Shown here piece by piece: positions 39,490 to 49,007 of a DNA stretch of 64,000 nt. The DNA lies in assembly GCA_031127075.1 (NCBI GenBank), contig JARIFA010000004.1, forward strand, positions 3,390 through 67,389. Direction: 5' to 3'. Each line of letters opens with the position of its first letter. The first letter of the stretch is position 1. A program made the translations under genes and the position numbers. A model generated the notes under the pieces. That model did no database searches. It worked only from the letters and a program-made list of their open reading frames with translations, and had not been told where the DNA came from. This stretch comes from Gemmatimonadota bacterium (lineage in GTDB: Bacteria; Gemmatimonadota; Gemmatimonadetes; Gemmatimonadales; Gemmatimonadaceae).

Positions 39490-40908
39490 GTGTCCTTACT
39501 CGCCACGGCCCTCGCCGACGTCGTCGGTGCCGCCCAGGTGCTCGCGCGCGCCGCGACCCTGCAGGTGTACCGCTCGGACGCCTTGCCGGGACTCCGCGCC
39601 CTCCCCTCGCTCGCGGTCTTCCCCGCCACGCGGGATGAACTGATCGACGTGATCCGGGTGCTCGCGACGCACGCGGCGCCCTTCGTGGCCCGCGGCGCCG
39701 GCACAGGACTCTCCGGCGGGGCGCTCGCCGACGGCATCACCCTCGTCGGCCTGCACCGGATGCGCCGCATCCTCGCGCTCGATCCCGTGACGCGTACCGC
39801 GACGGTGGAACCCGGCGTCGTGAACGCGACGCTCACCCGCGCGGCGGCGGCGCACGGCCTCCACTACGCCCCGGATCCCTCCTCGCAGGCGGCCTGCACA
39901 ATCGGCGGCAACATCGCGGAGAACGCCGGCGGGCCGCACTGCCTGAAGTACGGCGTCACGCTCGATCACGTCGTCGCGGCGATGGTCGTGCTCCCCGACG
40001 GCGAGGTCGTCGCACTCGACCGCGGGGACGACGGGGGCTACGACCTGTTGGGCGCCTTCGTCGGGAGCGAGGGGTGCTTCGGGGTCGTCGTGGAGGTGAC
40101 CGTCCGGCTCACCCCCGACCCCGAGCGGATCATCACCCTCCTCGCCGACTTCACGTCGGTCGACACCGCCGCGGAGGCGACCTCACAGGTGATCGCCGCC
40201 GGGATCGTCCCGGCGGCGCTCGAGTTGATGGATGCGGCGACGATCGGCGCCGTGGAGTCGAGCGTCTACGCGGCCGGCTATCCGCGCGACGCGGCGGCGG
40301 TGCTCCTCGTCGAGGTGGACGGAGCCGCCGCCGGCGTCGAGGCGGACGTCGTGCACCTCAGCGGGCTGTTGCGCGACGCGGGCGCGCGCGGCGTGCGCGT
40401 GGCGCACGACCCCGCGGACCGTGCCCGGCTCTGGCAGGGCCGCAAGAAAGCCTTCGGCGCGATGGGACGCATCGCCCCGCACCTCGTGGTCCAGGACGCC
40501 GTGGTGCCGCGCACGCGCCTGGCCGAGCTGCTGCGCACGATCGAGGCGATCGGCGCGCGCCACGGGGTCCGCGTCTGCAACGTCTTCCACGCCGGCGACG
40601 GCAACCTGCATCCGAACATCCCGTGCGACACCGACGACCCGGCGGAGGCCGACCGAGTGCACGCGGCGATGACCGAGATCATGACCGCCTGCATCGCCGC
40701 CGGCGGGTCGATCACCGGCGAGCACGGTGTGGGCATCGACAAGCTCGCGTATATGGACGCGCTCTTCACGCCGGCGACGCTCGACGCGATGTGCCGTCTG
40801 CGCGACGTCTTCGACCCGACACGGCGGGCGAACCCCGGGAAGGCGGTCCCCGTCCACGCCTGTCGTGAATGGCACGCGGTCCCCGCGGCCCGGCGGGTCG
40901 TCGCGTGA
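39490..40908 (+). CDS. glcD: FAD-linked glycolate oxidase subunit GlcD
   Basis: RGAGTGLSGGA, YAPDPSSQAACTIGGNIAENAGGPHCLKYGVT, FHAGDGNLHP, TGEHGVG. Confidence 0.92.
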   Translation: MSLLATALADVVGAAQVLARAATLQVYRSDALPGLRALPSLAVFPATRDELIDVIRVLATHAAPFVARGAGTGLSGGALADGITLVGLHRMRRILALDPVTRTATVEPGVVNATLTRAAAAHGLHYAPDPSSQAACTIGGNIAENAGGPHCLKYGVTLDHVVAAMVVLPDGEVVALDRGDDGGYDLLGAFVGSEGCFGVVVEVTVRLTPDPERIITLLADFTSVDTAAEATSQVIAAGIVPAALELMDAATIGAVESSVYAAGYPRDAAAVLLVEVDGAAAGVEADVVHLSGLLRDAGARGVRVAHDPADRARLWQGRKKAFGAMGRIAPHLVVQDAVVPRTRLAELLRTIEAIGARHGVRVCNVFHAGDGNLHPNIPCDTDDPAEADRVHAAMTEIMTACIAAGGSITGEHGVGIDKLAYMDALFTPATLDAMCRLRDVFDPTRRANPGKAVPVHACREWHAVPAARRVVA

Positions 40909-40936
40909 GCGCGGTGCTGACGCCAGGGAGTCACCC

Positions 40937-41833
40937 GTGAGCGGCGCGCCGATGGTCACGCCGACGCGCATCGATGACCTCATCGATGTCGTGCGCGCGG
41001 CCGCGTCGGATGCGCGGCCGCTGCGCATCGTGGGGGCAGGGCGCTGGCCCGAGGCGGGGCACCCAGTGCAGGCGGAGACCACCGTGCAGTGCCGCGCGCT
41101 CCGCGGGATCTCGCACTACACCCCGGGCGACCTCACGCTCAGCTGCGGCGCCGGCACGACCCTCGCGGAGCTCGACGACGCGACCCGGGCGCACGGGCAG
41201 TGGTGCCCACTGCTCCCCTGGGGCGACGACGCCGGGACGGTGGGCGCGACGATCGCCACGGCGACGAGCGGTCCCTTCGCCGAGCGGCTCGGGCGTCCGC
41301 GCCAACTCGTCCTAGGCCTCGAGGCGGTCGATGGACGGGCGCAGCACATCGCCCCGGGCGGGCGCGTCGTGAAGAATGTCGCGGGGTTCGATCTCACGCG
41401 CCTCCTCACGGGGAGCTGGGGGACGCTCGCCGTGCTCACGACGCTGCATCTCCGTCTCCGCGCACGGCCGGCCGTCGATGAATCATGGTGGATCCGCGAT
41501 GGTGAGGCCGCCACGCTACAGACGTTCGCGCGTGGCCCGCATCTCCCGCTCGCGGTGCATCGCACGGCGGGGGGATCGAAGGGGCTCGATGGCGATGGCT
41601 GGCTCGTCCGGCTCGGCGGCAATCGCGCGGCGGTGGAGAGCGCCCGCGCGGCGCTCCGCGGGTGCGGGACGCTCGAGCCCGTCGCGACCGAGGTCTGGGA
41701 TCGCGTGCGGCTCATCGACGCGCCGCCATCACGCGCCCTCACCTGGCCGTGGACGCCGCTCGCCCATCGGGTGCGTGCACAGTTCGACCCCGCCGGCATC
41801 CTGAATCCCGGCCTGCTCGGGGAGGTCGCGTGA
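40937..41833 (+). CDS. glcE: FAD-binding glycolate oxidase subunit GlcE
   Basis: YTPGDLTLSCGAGTTL, GGRVVKNVAGFDLTRLLTGSWGTL, FDPAGILNPG. Confidence 0.88.
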   Translation: MSGAPMVTPTRIDDLIDVVRAAASDARPLRIVGAGRWPEAGHPVQAETTVQCRALRGISHYTPGDLTLSCGAGTTLAELDDATRAHGQWCPLLPWGDDAGTVGATIATATSGPFAERLGRPRQLVLGLEAVDGRAQHIAPGGRVVKNVAGFDLTRLLTGSWGTLAVLTTLHLRLRARPAVDESWWIRDGEAATLQTFARGPHLPLAVHRTAGGSKGLDGDGWLVRLGGNRAAVESARAALRGCGTLEPVATEVWDRVRLIDAPPSRALTWPWTPLAHRVRAQFDPAGILNPGLLGEVA

Positions 41834-43122
41834 CCACGGACCCCACGACGCGCCCCTGCGCGCTCCCGGGCTCGCCGCTCGCACAGGAGCGCGCCGGCCT
41901 CGACGCCTGCGTGCACTGCGGCTTCTGTCTCCCCGCCTGCCCGACGTATCTCGCGCTCGATGACGAGAACGATTCGCCGCGCGGACGGCTCCTGCTGATG
42001 CAGACGCTGCTCGACGGCACCATCCGTCCCGACGATCCGGACCTGGGCACGCACTTCGACCAGTGCCTCGGCTGCCGCGGCTGCGAGACCGCCTGCCCGA
42101 GTGGCGTGCCCTACGGCCGGCTGCTCGAGGCCACGCGGGCGACGCTCATGCTGCACCGCCCCCTCCCGCTCGTCGCGCGCCTGATCCTTGGCGTCTTCGC
42201 CCGCGAGTGGGCACTGCGGCCAGCGCTCGCCGCAGCGCGACTGGTGCGCGCGAGCGGCGTCGCGGCGTGGCTCGCGCGCACGCTCCCGGCGCGCCTCGGA
42301 ATGCCCTTCGCGATGCTCGCCTCCACGACCCGTCCCGCCGCACCGGACTGGACCGCCACCGGCGATGGGCGTCGCGGCGCCGTGACGCTCCTCACGGGCT
42401 GCGTGATGGAGGGGCTCTTCCTCCCGGTGAACCGCGCGACGGAGCGCACGCTGACCGTGAACGGCTACCGGATGCAGTCGACGCCGGGACAGGTCTGCTG
42501 CGGGGCGCTGCACGCGCACGCCGGCGACCTCGAGACGGCTCGGGCCCTCGCGCGCGCGAACATCGCCGCCTTCGAGTCGGGGGGCGCCGCGCAGGTGGTG
42601 GTGAACTCCGCCGGCTGCGGGGCGATGCTCAAGGAGTACGCCCACCTCCTCGCTGACGACCCCGCGTGGGCGGCGCGCGCCGCGCGCTTCGCCGGGACCG
42701 TGCGCGACGTCTCGGAGCTACTGGCCGCCGCCGGACCGACGCCTGCGGCGCCGAGCGTCGCGCCGCAGCGGGTCGCCTACGATGCGCCCTGTCACCTCCA
42801 GCACGGCCAACGCATCGTCGATCCGCCGATGGCCGTACTGCGAGCCGCGGGCGGGAGCCGACTGGTCCCGCTCGCCGATGCCGACCAGTGCTGCGGCTCC
42901 GCCGGGATCTTCAACCTGACGCAGCCCGAGGTGGCGGAGCGGGTGCTCGCGCCGAAGCTGCGGCGCATCGTGGAGAGTGGCGCGGAGGTGGTCGCGACGG
43001 GCAACCCGGGCTGCCTGATGCAGATCGGCGGGGGGCTCACGCTCACGGGCGCACCGGTCGTCGCCCGGCACCCTGTGGAGCTGCTCGACGCCGACTACGC
43101 CCGGGGTACCCGGCGCGATTAG
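41830..43122 (+). CDS. glcF: Glycolate oxidase iron-sulfur subunit GlcF
   Basis: CVHCGFCLPACP, CLGCRGCETACPSGV, two CCG domains. Confidence 0.92.
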   Translation: MTTDPTTRPCALPGSPLAQERAGLDACVHCGFCLPACPTYLALDDENDSPRGRLLLMQTLLDGTIRPDDPDLGTHFDQCLGCRGCETACPSGVPYGRLLEATRATLMLHRPLPLVARLILGVFAREWALRPALAAARLVRASGVAAWLARTLPARLGMPFAMLASTTRPAAPDWTATGDGRRGAVTLLTGCVMEGLFLPVNRATERTLTVNGYRMQSTPGQVCCGALHAHAGDLETARALARANIAAFESGGAAQVVVNSAGCGAMLKEYAHLLADDPAWAARAARFAGTVRDVSELLAAAGPTPAAPSVAPQRVAYDAPCHLQHGQRIVDPPMAVLRAAGGSRLVPLADADQCCGSAGIFNLTQPEVAERVLAPKLRRIVESGAEVVATGNPGCLMQIGGGLTLTGAPVVARHPVELLDADYARGTRRD

Positions 43123-43131
43123 CATTCGCGC

Positions 43132-43815
43132 ATGGACCTCCCAGTCGTCTGCGTGGAGCTCGAGGGCGTGGTCGTCGACACCGAGGCGGTGCGACTCACC
43201 GCGCTCGCGAGCGCGCTCGAGGGGGAAGGGCTGACGCTCACCGGTGCCGGGGCCGCGGCCGCGCGGGGATATCCCGTCGAAGCGGCGGTGCGCCGTGCGC
43301 GTCGGGCGCTCGGCGCGGCCGAGGACGAGACCGCGGTGGAGCTTGGCCGGCTGCGTGCCGAGCGCGCCTTCGCTGCGCGCATCGGCAAGGGGATCCTCGT
43401 GCATCCCGCGGCCAAGGCGACATTGGAACGACTCACGTCGCATTGCCGACTCGCCATCGTGACGCGCGCCGCGCGTCGGGAGGTCGAGTTCCTCCTCTCG
43501 CTCGCCGGCCTCGAGGCGCTCTTCCGGCCGGTCATCGCGCTCGAGGATGCGCCGCCGGGCAAGCCCGACCACGCTCCGTGGCAGGCCGCGATGGACCGAG
43601 TCGGCCAGCTCTTCCCAGGGCAGCGGCTCCGTGGGATCGCCGTGGAGGATCACGTGACCGGGATCCGTGGCGCGCGGACCGCCGGCCTCCGCTGCATCGG
43701 GGTGGGGCCGCTTCCCGCGCACGAGGCGCTGGAGGCGGACGCCTGGCTCGAGTCGATCGCCGACCTCACCCCGGAGCGGCTCCGCTCGTTCGCGGCGGAC
43801 GCCGCGAGTCCGTGA
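43132..43815 (+). CDS. HAD-like protein with atypical motif I (ELEG)
   Basis: VVCVELEGVVVDTE, LAIVTRA, GKPDHAP, AVEDHVTGIRGARTAG. Confidence 0.8.
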   Translation: MDLPVVCVELEGVVVDTEAVRLTALASALEGEGLTLTGAGAAAARGYPVEAAVRRARRALGAAEDETAVELGRLRAERAFAARIGKGILVHPAAKATLERLTSHCRLAIVTRAARREVEFLLSLAGLEALFRPVIALEDAPPGKPDHAPWQAAMDRVGQLFPGQRLRGIAVEDHVTGIRGARTAGLRCIGVGPLPAHEALEADAWLESIADLTPERLRSFAADAASP

Positions 43816-44750
43816 CGACACGGTTCCTCGCGCCGCGGCCGGATCGTGGTCGTCTCGAGGTCCGCGGTCCACAGGCGACCGCCGTCCTCAACGGCCTGCT
43901 CACCAACGATGTCAGCACACTCGCTGACGGTGCGGGCCAGTGGGCTGCTGCGCTGACCGCGAAGGGGCGCGTCACCGCGCTCATCCGGTTGCTGCGCCAC
44001 GGCGATGACTTCCTCCTTGAGACGGACGGCGCGGCGCTGCCGGGCCTCCTCGCGATGCTCCGCAAGTACGTGAACCCGCGACTCGCCACCGTGACCGATG
44101 TGTCCACCTCGTCGCGCGCGCTCGGCGTCCACGGCGCCGGCGCGGCGGACGCGCTGGCCCTGGCGTGCGAGGCGACGGCGCTGGAGGCCCTGGCCCCGAT
44201 GGCGTGCCGCACAGGGACCATCGAGGGGTCGCCGGTGCTCGTCGCGCGAAGCGCCGCTGGCGCGACGCCGGGGTTCGAGGTGATCGGCCCCACGGCGACC
44301 ATCGAGGCGCTGACCCTGAGCCTCGCCGCCGCCGGCTGGCCGTCAGCCACCCCGGAGGCGCTCGAGGCAGAGCGGATACGCGCCGGCGTGCCGACGTGGG
44401 GGGTCGATATGTCGGAGGAGACGATCGCCCAAGAGGCGGCGCTCGACGCGCTTGGCGCGATCGCCTTCGCGAAGGGGTGCTACACCGGTCAGGAGGTCGT
44501 GGCCCGTATCCACTTCCGCGGCCACGTGAATCGCCTGTTGCGCCGCCTACGCGCGGAGCAGCCGCTCACCGTCGGTGCCGTGGTCCAGGATGCGTCCGGG
44601 ACCGAGGTCGGCGATGTGCGGTCGAGCGTCACGACCGAGGGCGCATCACTCGCGATCGCGATGGTGCGGCGCGAGGTCCCTGCGGGTGATGTGGTGCAGG
44701 TGGTCGCCGACACCGGCATGGTCCGCGCGGTGGTCGAGGCGCTGCCGTAG
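43812..44750 (+). CDS. ygfZ: YgfZ/GcvT family folate-binding protein
   Basis: LNGLLTNDV, LTAKGRV, KGCYTGQEVVAR. Confidence 0.92.
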   Translation: MTTRFLAPRPDRGRLEVRGPQATAVLNGLLTNDVSTLADGAGQWAAALTAKGRVTALIRLLRHGDDFLLETDGAALPGLLAMLRKYVNPRLATVTDVSTSSRALGVHGAGAADALALACEATALEALAPMACRTGTIEGSPVLVARSAAGATPGFEVIGPTATIEALTLSLAAAGWPSATPEALEAERIRAGVPTWGVDMSEETIAQEAALDALGAIAFAKGCYTGQEVVARIHFRGHVNRLLRRLRAEQPLTVGAVVQDASGTEVGDVRSSVTTEGASLAIAMVRREVPAGDVVQVVADTGMVRAVVEALP

Positions 44751-44782
44751 CACGCGCCGGTGAGACGCGGCAACGCGGGATG

Positions 44783-44820
44783 AGAAACGAAAGAGGCGCG
44801 CGACCCGAAGGTCGCGCGCC
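44783..44820 (-). terminator. Rho-independent terminator of the small lipoprotein gene
   Basis: Minus strand GGCGCGCGACC-TTCG-GGTCGCGCGCC followed by TCTTTCGTTTCT. Confidence 0.8.
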
Positions 44821-44841
44821 GCTCGTTCGACGTGACAGAGC

Positions 44842-45015
44842 TTACTTGGCGCTGTCGGCGGCCGGAGCGGCAGCGGTCGTGTCGGCCGGGGCGGCCGAAT
44901 CCATCGCGGCAGCCGGAGCGACCATCGTGGTGTCGGCGGCCGGAGCGGCCTCCTCGGTCTTGGCGCCGCAGGCGGCGAAGACGAACAGCGAAGCAACGAG
45001 GGCGATCTTCTTCAT
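44842..45015 (-). CDS. Small Ala/Pro-rich lipoprotein (57 aa)
   Basis: MKKIALVASLFVFAA|C lipobox; own promoter and terminator. Confidence 0.85.
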   Translation of the reverse strand: MKKIALVASLFVFAACGAKTEEAAPAADTTMVAPAAAMDSAAPADTTAAAPAADSAK

Positions 45016-45085
45016 GGGGCGGTCTCTCGGGGGTGTGGTGTGGTGCGGCGGCTCGCGAGACGTTCGCGTCTTGCGCACGGCATCA

Positions 45086-45114
45086 ATCCTATTTATCCCG
45101 GGCTGAGCCGTCAA
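45086..45114 (-). promoter_or_regulatory. Sigma-70-type promoter of the lipoprotein gene
   Basis: Minus strand TTGACG-N17-TAGGAT. Confidence 0.7.
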
Positions 45115-45321
45115 TACCACCGGGACACCCAACTCGTTCCCCGACAAGGGTTTGAAGGGCATCCGGCGGTTAGACGACCAGCAGTGCCGAGGGGTCACAC
45201 CCCGGGGCGGCTGCGGATTCGGCTGTCCAAGTATTTGTCAGATAATCACTTATACGACAGTCGGGTTCGTGATTGCCTCGGATGGGTTGGCGGGGCCACC
45301 CCCTCAGGTGATGATTCAGGG

Positions 45322-47430
45322 ATGAGCCTCGGTGCCGCGGGAATTCCGACGGACGGGACGCGCCGCGTCGTGCGCGGCGCCTGCCCGCACGATTGCCCGG
45401 ACGCGTGCGCGATGCTCGTGACGGTCGAGGGCGACCGCGTGACGCGTGTGCAGGGGGACCCCGATCACCCCGTCACGCAGGGCTTCCTCTGCACGAAGGT
45501 CAATCGCTACCCGGAGCGCACGCATCATCCCGAACGCGTGCTGCGCCCGCTGCGGCGCGTCGGTCCCAAGGGGCGCGGTGAGTTCGTCGAGACCTCCTGG
45601 GACGACGCGCTGACCACGATCGCGGCGCGCCTCAACGAGATCCGACAATCTTCAGACGGCCCACAGGCGATCCTCCCCTACTCGTACGCGGGCACGATGG
45701 GGATCCTGCAAGCCGAATCGATGGATCGGCGCTTCTTCCACGCGATCGGCGCCTCGCTCCTCGACCGCACCATCTGCGCGACGGCGGGGATGATGGGGAT
45801 GCGGATGACCGTCGGCGCGAGCATCGGCACCGACATCGAGGGTGTCCCCGAGAGCGACCTCATCATCCTTTGGGGGACCAACACCCTCACCTCGAACCCG
45901 CATCTCTGGCCCAAGGTCCTCGAGGCGCGGGCGAAGGGCGCACCCGTGATCTGCATCGACCCGATCCGCACGCGGACCGCGGAGCAATGCGACGAGTGGA
46001 TCGGCATCCGGCCCGGCACCGACGCCGCACTCGCGCTCGGACTGATGCACGTGGTCTTCGCCGAGGGGCTTCAGGACGACACGTATCTCGCGGACCACAC
46101 GCTCGGCGCCGACGCGCTGCGCGCGCGCGCGGCGGAGTACCCACCGTCGCGCGTCGCCGAGATCACGGGGATCCCCGCGGCGCGGATCGTCGAGCTGGCG
46201 CGCCAGTACGGTCGGGCACGCGCCGCGTTCATCCGGATCAACTACGGCCTGCAACGGCACGCCGGCGGCGCGATGGCGGTCCGCACGATCGCCTGTCTGC
46301 CGGCCATCACGGGACATTGGCGGCGCGCCGGTGGCGGCGTGCAACTTTCGTCGAGCGGCAACTTCGCGCTCAACACGACGGCGGTGCAGCGCCCGGACCT
46401 CCTGCCCGCCGGGACGCGCACGATCAACATGTCGCGCCTCGGTGACGCGCTCACGCGCCCCGATGCCGGTGTCGGGGGCCCGCCGGTGCGTGCGCTCATC
46501 GTCTACAACTCGAATCCCGCGGCAATCGCACCAGAGCACCTCCGCGTCGTCGAGGGGATGCGGCGCGAGGACCTCTTCACCGTCGTCCTCGAGCACTTCC
46601 GCACCGACACCGCCGACCACGCCGACTGGGTCCTCCCCGCGACGACGCAGCTCGAGCATCTCGATCTGCACTGGTCGTATGGCCACCACTACGTCACACT
46701 GAACACCCCGGCGATCCCGCCGATCGGCGAGGCGTTGCCGAACACGGAGATCTTCCGCCGGCTCGCGGCGGCGATGGGGCTCGAGCATCCGGCGCTCCGC
46801 GAGGACGACGAGACGATGCTGCGGCAGGCGCTCGACACCGCCGACCCTCGGATGGCGACGGTCACCCTCAAAGCGCTGCGCGAACGGGGCTGGGTGCGCC
46901 TCAACCTGCCGACGCCGTATCTCCCCTTCGCGGAGGGCGGGTTCCGCACGCCGAGTGGGAAGTGCGAGCTCGTCTCGGAGCGGATGGCGACGATGGGGCT
47001 CGATCCGCTGCCGACCTACACGCCGCCATACGAATCACCCGAGCGCGACCCAGCGCTCGTCGCCCGCTACCCGATCACGCTGATCTCCTCGCCGGCGCAT
47101 CAGTTCATGAATTCGACCTTCGTGAACGTGACGTCGCTGCAACGCGCGGCCCGCGAACCCGAGGTGTCGCTGCACCCGGCCGACGCCGAGCGGCGTGGCA
47201 TCCGTGACGGCGCCCGCGTGCGGGTGGCGAACGACCGTGGGAGCTTCGAGGCGACGGCGCGACTTCGTGAGGGGATTCGCGCAGGGGTGGCATGGGCCCC
47301 GGGGATCTGGTGGGCGAAGGCCTCGCCCGACGGCCGCACGGTGAACGCCACCACGAGCCAGCGCCTCACGGATATGGGTGAGGGGCCGGTGTTCTACGAC
47401 AACCAGGTGGAGATCGCCGTCGTGGCGTGA
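45322..47430 (+). CDS. Molybdopterin oxidoreductase family protein
   Basis: ACPHDCPDAC, GFLCTKV, SWDDAL, IILWGTN, TDTADHADWVLPA, C-terminal molybdopterin dinucleotide-binding domain (LHPADAERRGIRDG). Confidence 0.93.
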   Translation: MSLGAAGIPTDGTRRVVRGACPHDCPDACAMLVTVEGDRVTRVQGDPDHPVTQGFLCTKVNRYPERTHHPERVLRPLRRVGPKGRGEFVETSWDDALTTIAARLNEIRQSSDGPQAILPYSYAGTMGILQAESMDRRFFHAIGASLLDRTICATAGMMGMRMTVGASIGTDIEGVPESDLIILWGTNTLTSNPHLWPKVLEARAKGAPVICIDPIRTRTAEQCDEWIGIRPGTDAALALGLMHVVFAEGLQDDTYLADHTLGADALRARAAEYPPSRVAEITGIPAARIVELARQYGRARAAFIRINYGLQRHAGGAMAVRTIACLPAITGHWRRAGGGVQLSSSGNFALNTTAVQRPDLLPAGTRTINMSRLGDALTRPDAGVGGPPVRALIVYNSNPAAIAPEHLRVVEGMRREDLFTVVLEHFRTDTADHADWVLPATTQLEHLDLHWSYGHHYVTLNTPAIPPIGEALPNTEIFRRLAAAMGLEHPALREDDETMLRQALDTADPRMATVTLKALRERGWVRLNLPTPYLPFAEGGFRTPSGKCELVSERMATMGLDPLPTYTPPYESPERDPALVARYPITLISSPAHQFMNSTFVNVTSLQRAAREPEVSLHPADAERRGIRDGARVRVANDRGSFEATARLREGIRAGVAWAPGIWWAKASPDGRTVNATTSQRLTDMGEGPVFYDNQVEIAVVA

Positions 47431-47543
47431 ACCGCGGTGGCGCCCCCGGCACGCACCTCCGGCCGATTCAAGGCGTCGCCCCGGCGAACCGCGCCGCAAC
47501 GTCGAGCGTTGACCCCATCCAGACTCTTTCTCAGACAGGAATC

Positions 47544-49007
47544 ATGTCCGCTCCGCTCCCGACCACCCTCGGCGCCCTCAAGGCCTCCCCCTTCGGCGCC
47601 GCCGACACGCGTGGCCGCTCCGTCAAGGACGAGATCCGCGCGAACCTCCTCGCGCGACTCGCGCGGGGCGGCCCGCTCTTCTCTGGCGTCCTGGGCTACG
47701 AGGACACCGTGATGCCGCAGGTGGTGAACGCGCTTCTCTCGCGGCACCACTTCATCCTCCTCGGGCTTCGCGGGCAGGCGAAGTCCCGGCTGCTGCGCGC
47801 GCTCACGACCTTGCTCGACCCGGCGCTCCCGGTGATCGCCGGATCGGAAACGAACGACGACCCCTTCGCGCCGATCTCGAAGTTCGGCCGTGAGCGAATC
47901 GCCGAGGCGGGTGACGACACGCCGATCGCGTGGCTCGCGCCGGAGCAGCGGTACGTCGAGAAGCTCGCGACGCCGGACGTGACCGTCGCCGACCTCATCG
48001 GCGACCTCGACCCGATCAAGGCGGCGCGGGGCGGCCATCTCCTCTCCGACGAGCTCAGCATCCTCTATGGGATGCTCCCGCGCGCGAACCGCGGGATCTT
48101 CGCGCTGAACGAGCTCCCCGATCTCGCAGGGAAGGTGCAGGTCGGGCTCTTCAACGTGATGCAGGAAGGCGATGTCCAGATCAAGGGCTATCCGGTGCGA
48201 CTCGCCCTCGACGTGGTGCTCACCTTCACGGCGAACCCGGAGGACTACACGGCGCGCGGCAAGATCATCACGCCGCTCAAGGACCGCATCGGGAGCGAGA
48301 TCATCACGCACTATCCGTCCACCGTCGCGCTCGCGCGGCAGATCACCTCGCAGGAGGCGTGGACCGCGCGTGGCGAGCGCCCCGTCCGCGTCCCTGAGAT
48401 CGTCGCCGAGGTCGCCGAGCGGGTGGCGTTCGAGGCACGCGAGGAGAAGCGGATCGATCAGCGTTCCGGCGTCTCGCAGCGGCTCTCCATCACGCTTCTC
48501 GAGAACCTCGTCTCGAACGCCGAGCGGCGCGCCGTGACGTTGGGCGAGCCGGCGGTGGTCCCGCGCATCGCCGACCTCTACGCCGCGCTCCCCGCCATCA
48601 CCGGGAAGATCGAGCTCGAGTACGAGGGGGAGCTGATCGGCGGGGCGGTGATCGCGCGCGAACTCATCCGCCGCGCCGCCGACGCCACGCTCCGCGAGCG
48701 GGTGGGCCCCGTCGCGGCCGAGGAGGTCGTGATCTGGTTCGATGAGGGCTCGGCGCTGCAGGTGAGCGACGACGCCGGCGTCGTGACGGCGCTCGCCGGC
48801 TTCGCGACGGTGCCGGGGCTGCTCGACGAGGTGCGGAAGGCCGGACTCGGCGGGACCGAGGACGGTGATCTCCTCGCGGGCTGCGAGCTGCTGCTCGAGT
48901 CGCTCGTGGCGCGGCGGAAACTCACGCGCTCGGAGGGGGGACGCTACGGGCGCTCAGTGCGTCGCAAGCAGGGGATGTCGCCGGAACGCCCAGAGAGCGA
49001 CGAGTAG
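47544..49007 (+). CDS. Magnesium chelatase-like AAA+ ATPase
   Basis: LLGLRGQAKSR, DLIGDLDPIKAA, PRANRGIFALNELPDL, TANPEDYTARGKIITPLKDRIGS. Confidence 0.88.
   Translation: MSAPLPTTLGALKASPFGAADTRGRSVKDEIRANLLARLARGGPLFSGVLGYEDTVMPQVVNALLSRHHFILLGLRGQAKSRLLRALTTLLDPALPVIAGSETNDDPFAPISKFGRERIAEAGDDTPIAWLAPEQRYVEKLATPDVTVADLIGDLDPIKAARGGHLLSDELSILYGMLPRANRGIFALNELPDLAGKVQVGLFNVMQEGDVQIKGYPVRLALDVVLTFTANPEDYTARGKIITPLKDRIGSEIITHYPSTVALARQITSQEAWTARGERPVRVPEIVAEVAERVAFEAREEKRIDQRSGVSQRLSITLLENLVSNAERRAVTLGEPAVVPRIADLYAALPAITGKIELEYEGELIGGAVIARELIRRAADATLRERVGPVAAEEVVIWFDEGSALQVSDDAGVVTALAGFATVPGLLDEVRKAGLGGTEDGDLLAGCELLLESLVARRKLTRSEGGRYGRSVRRKQGMSPERPESDE

Noticed and set aside
44842-44960. Repeated GGCCGGAGCGG-like units as a CRISPR array or DNA repeat
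   Set aside because: They are codons for the Ala-Pro-Ala-Ala-Asp repeats of the lipoprotein; there is no repeat-spacer structure and no cas genes.
45322-47430. Possible selenocysteine or recoding in the molybdoenzyme
   Set aside because: The reading frame is uninterrupted, with no in-frame TGA.
47486-47510. GAAC-N17-CGTT ECF-sigma-like promoter before the AAA+ gene
   Set aside because: Short motif that could easily occur by chance; no independent support.
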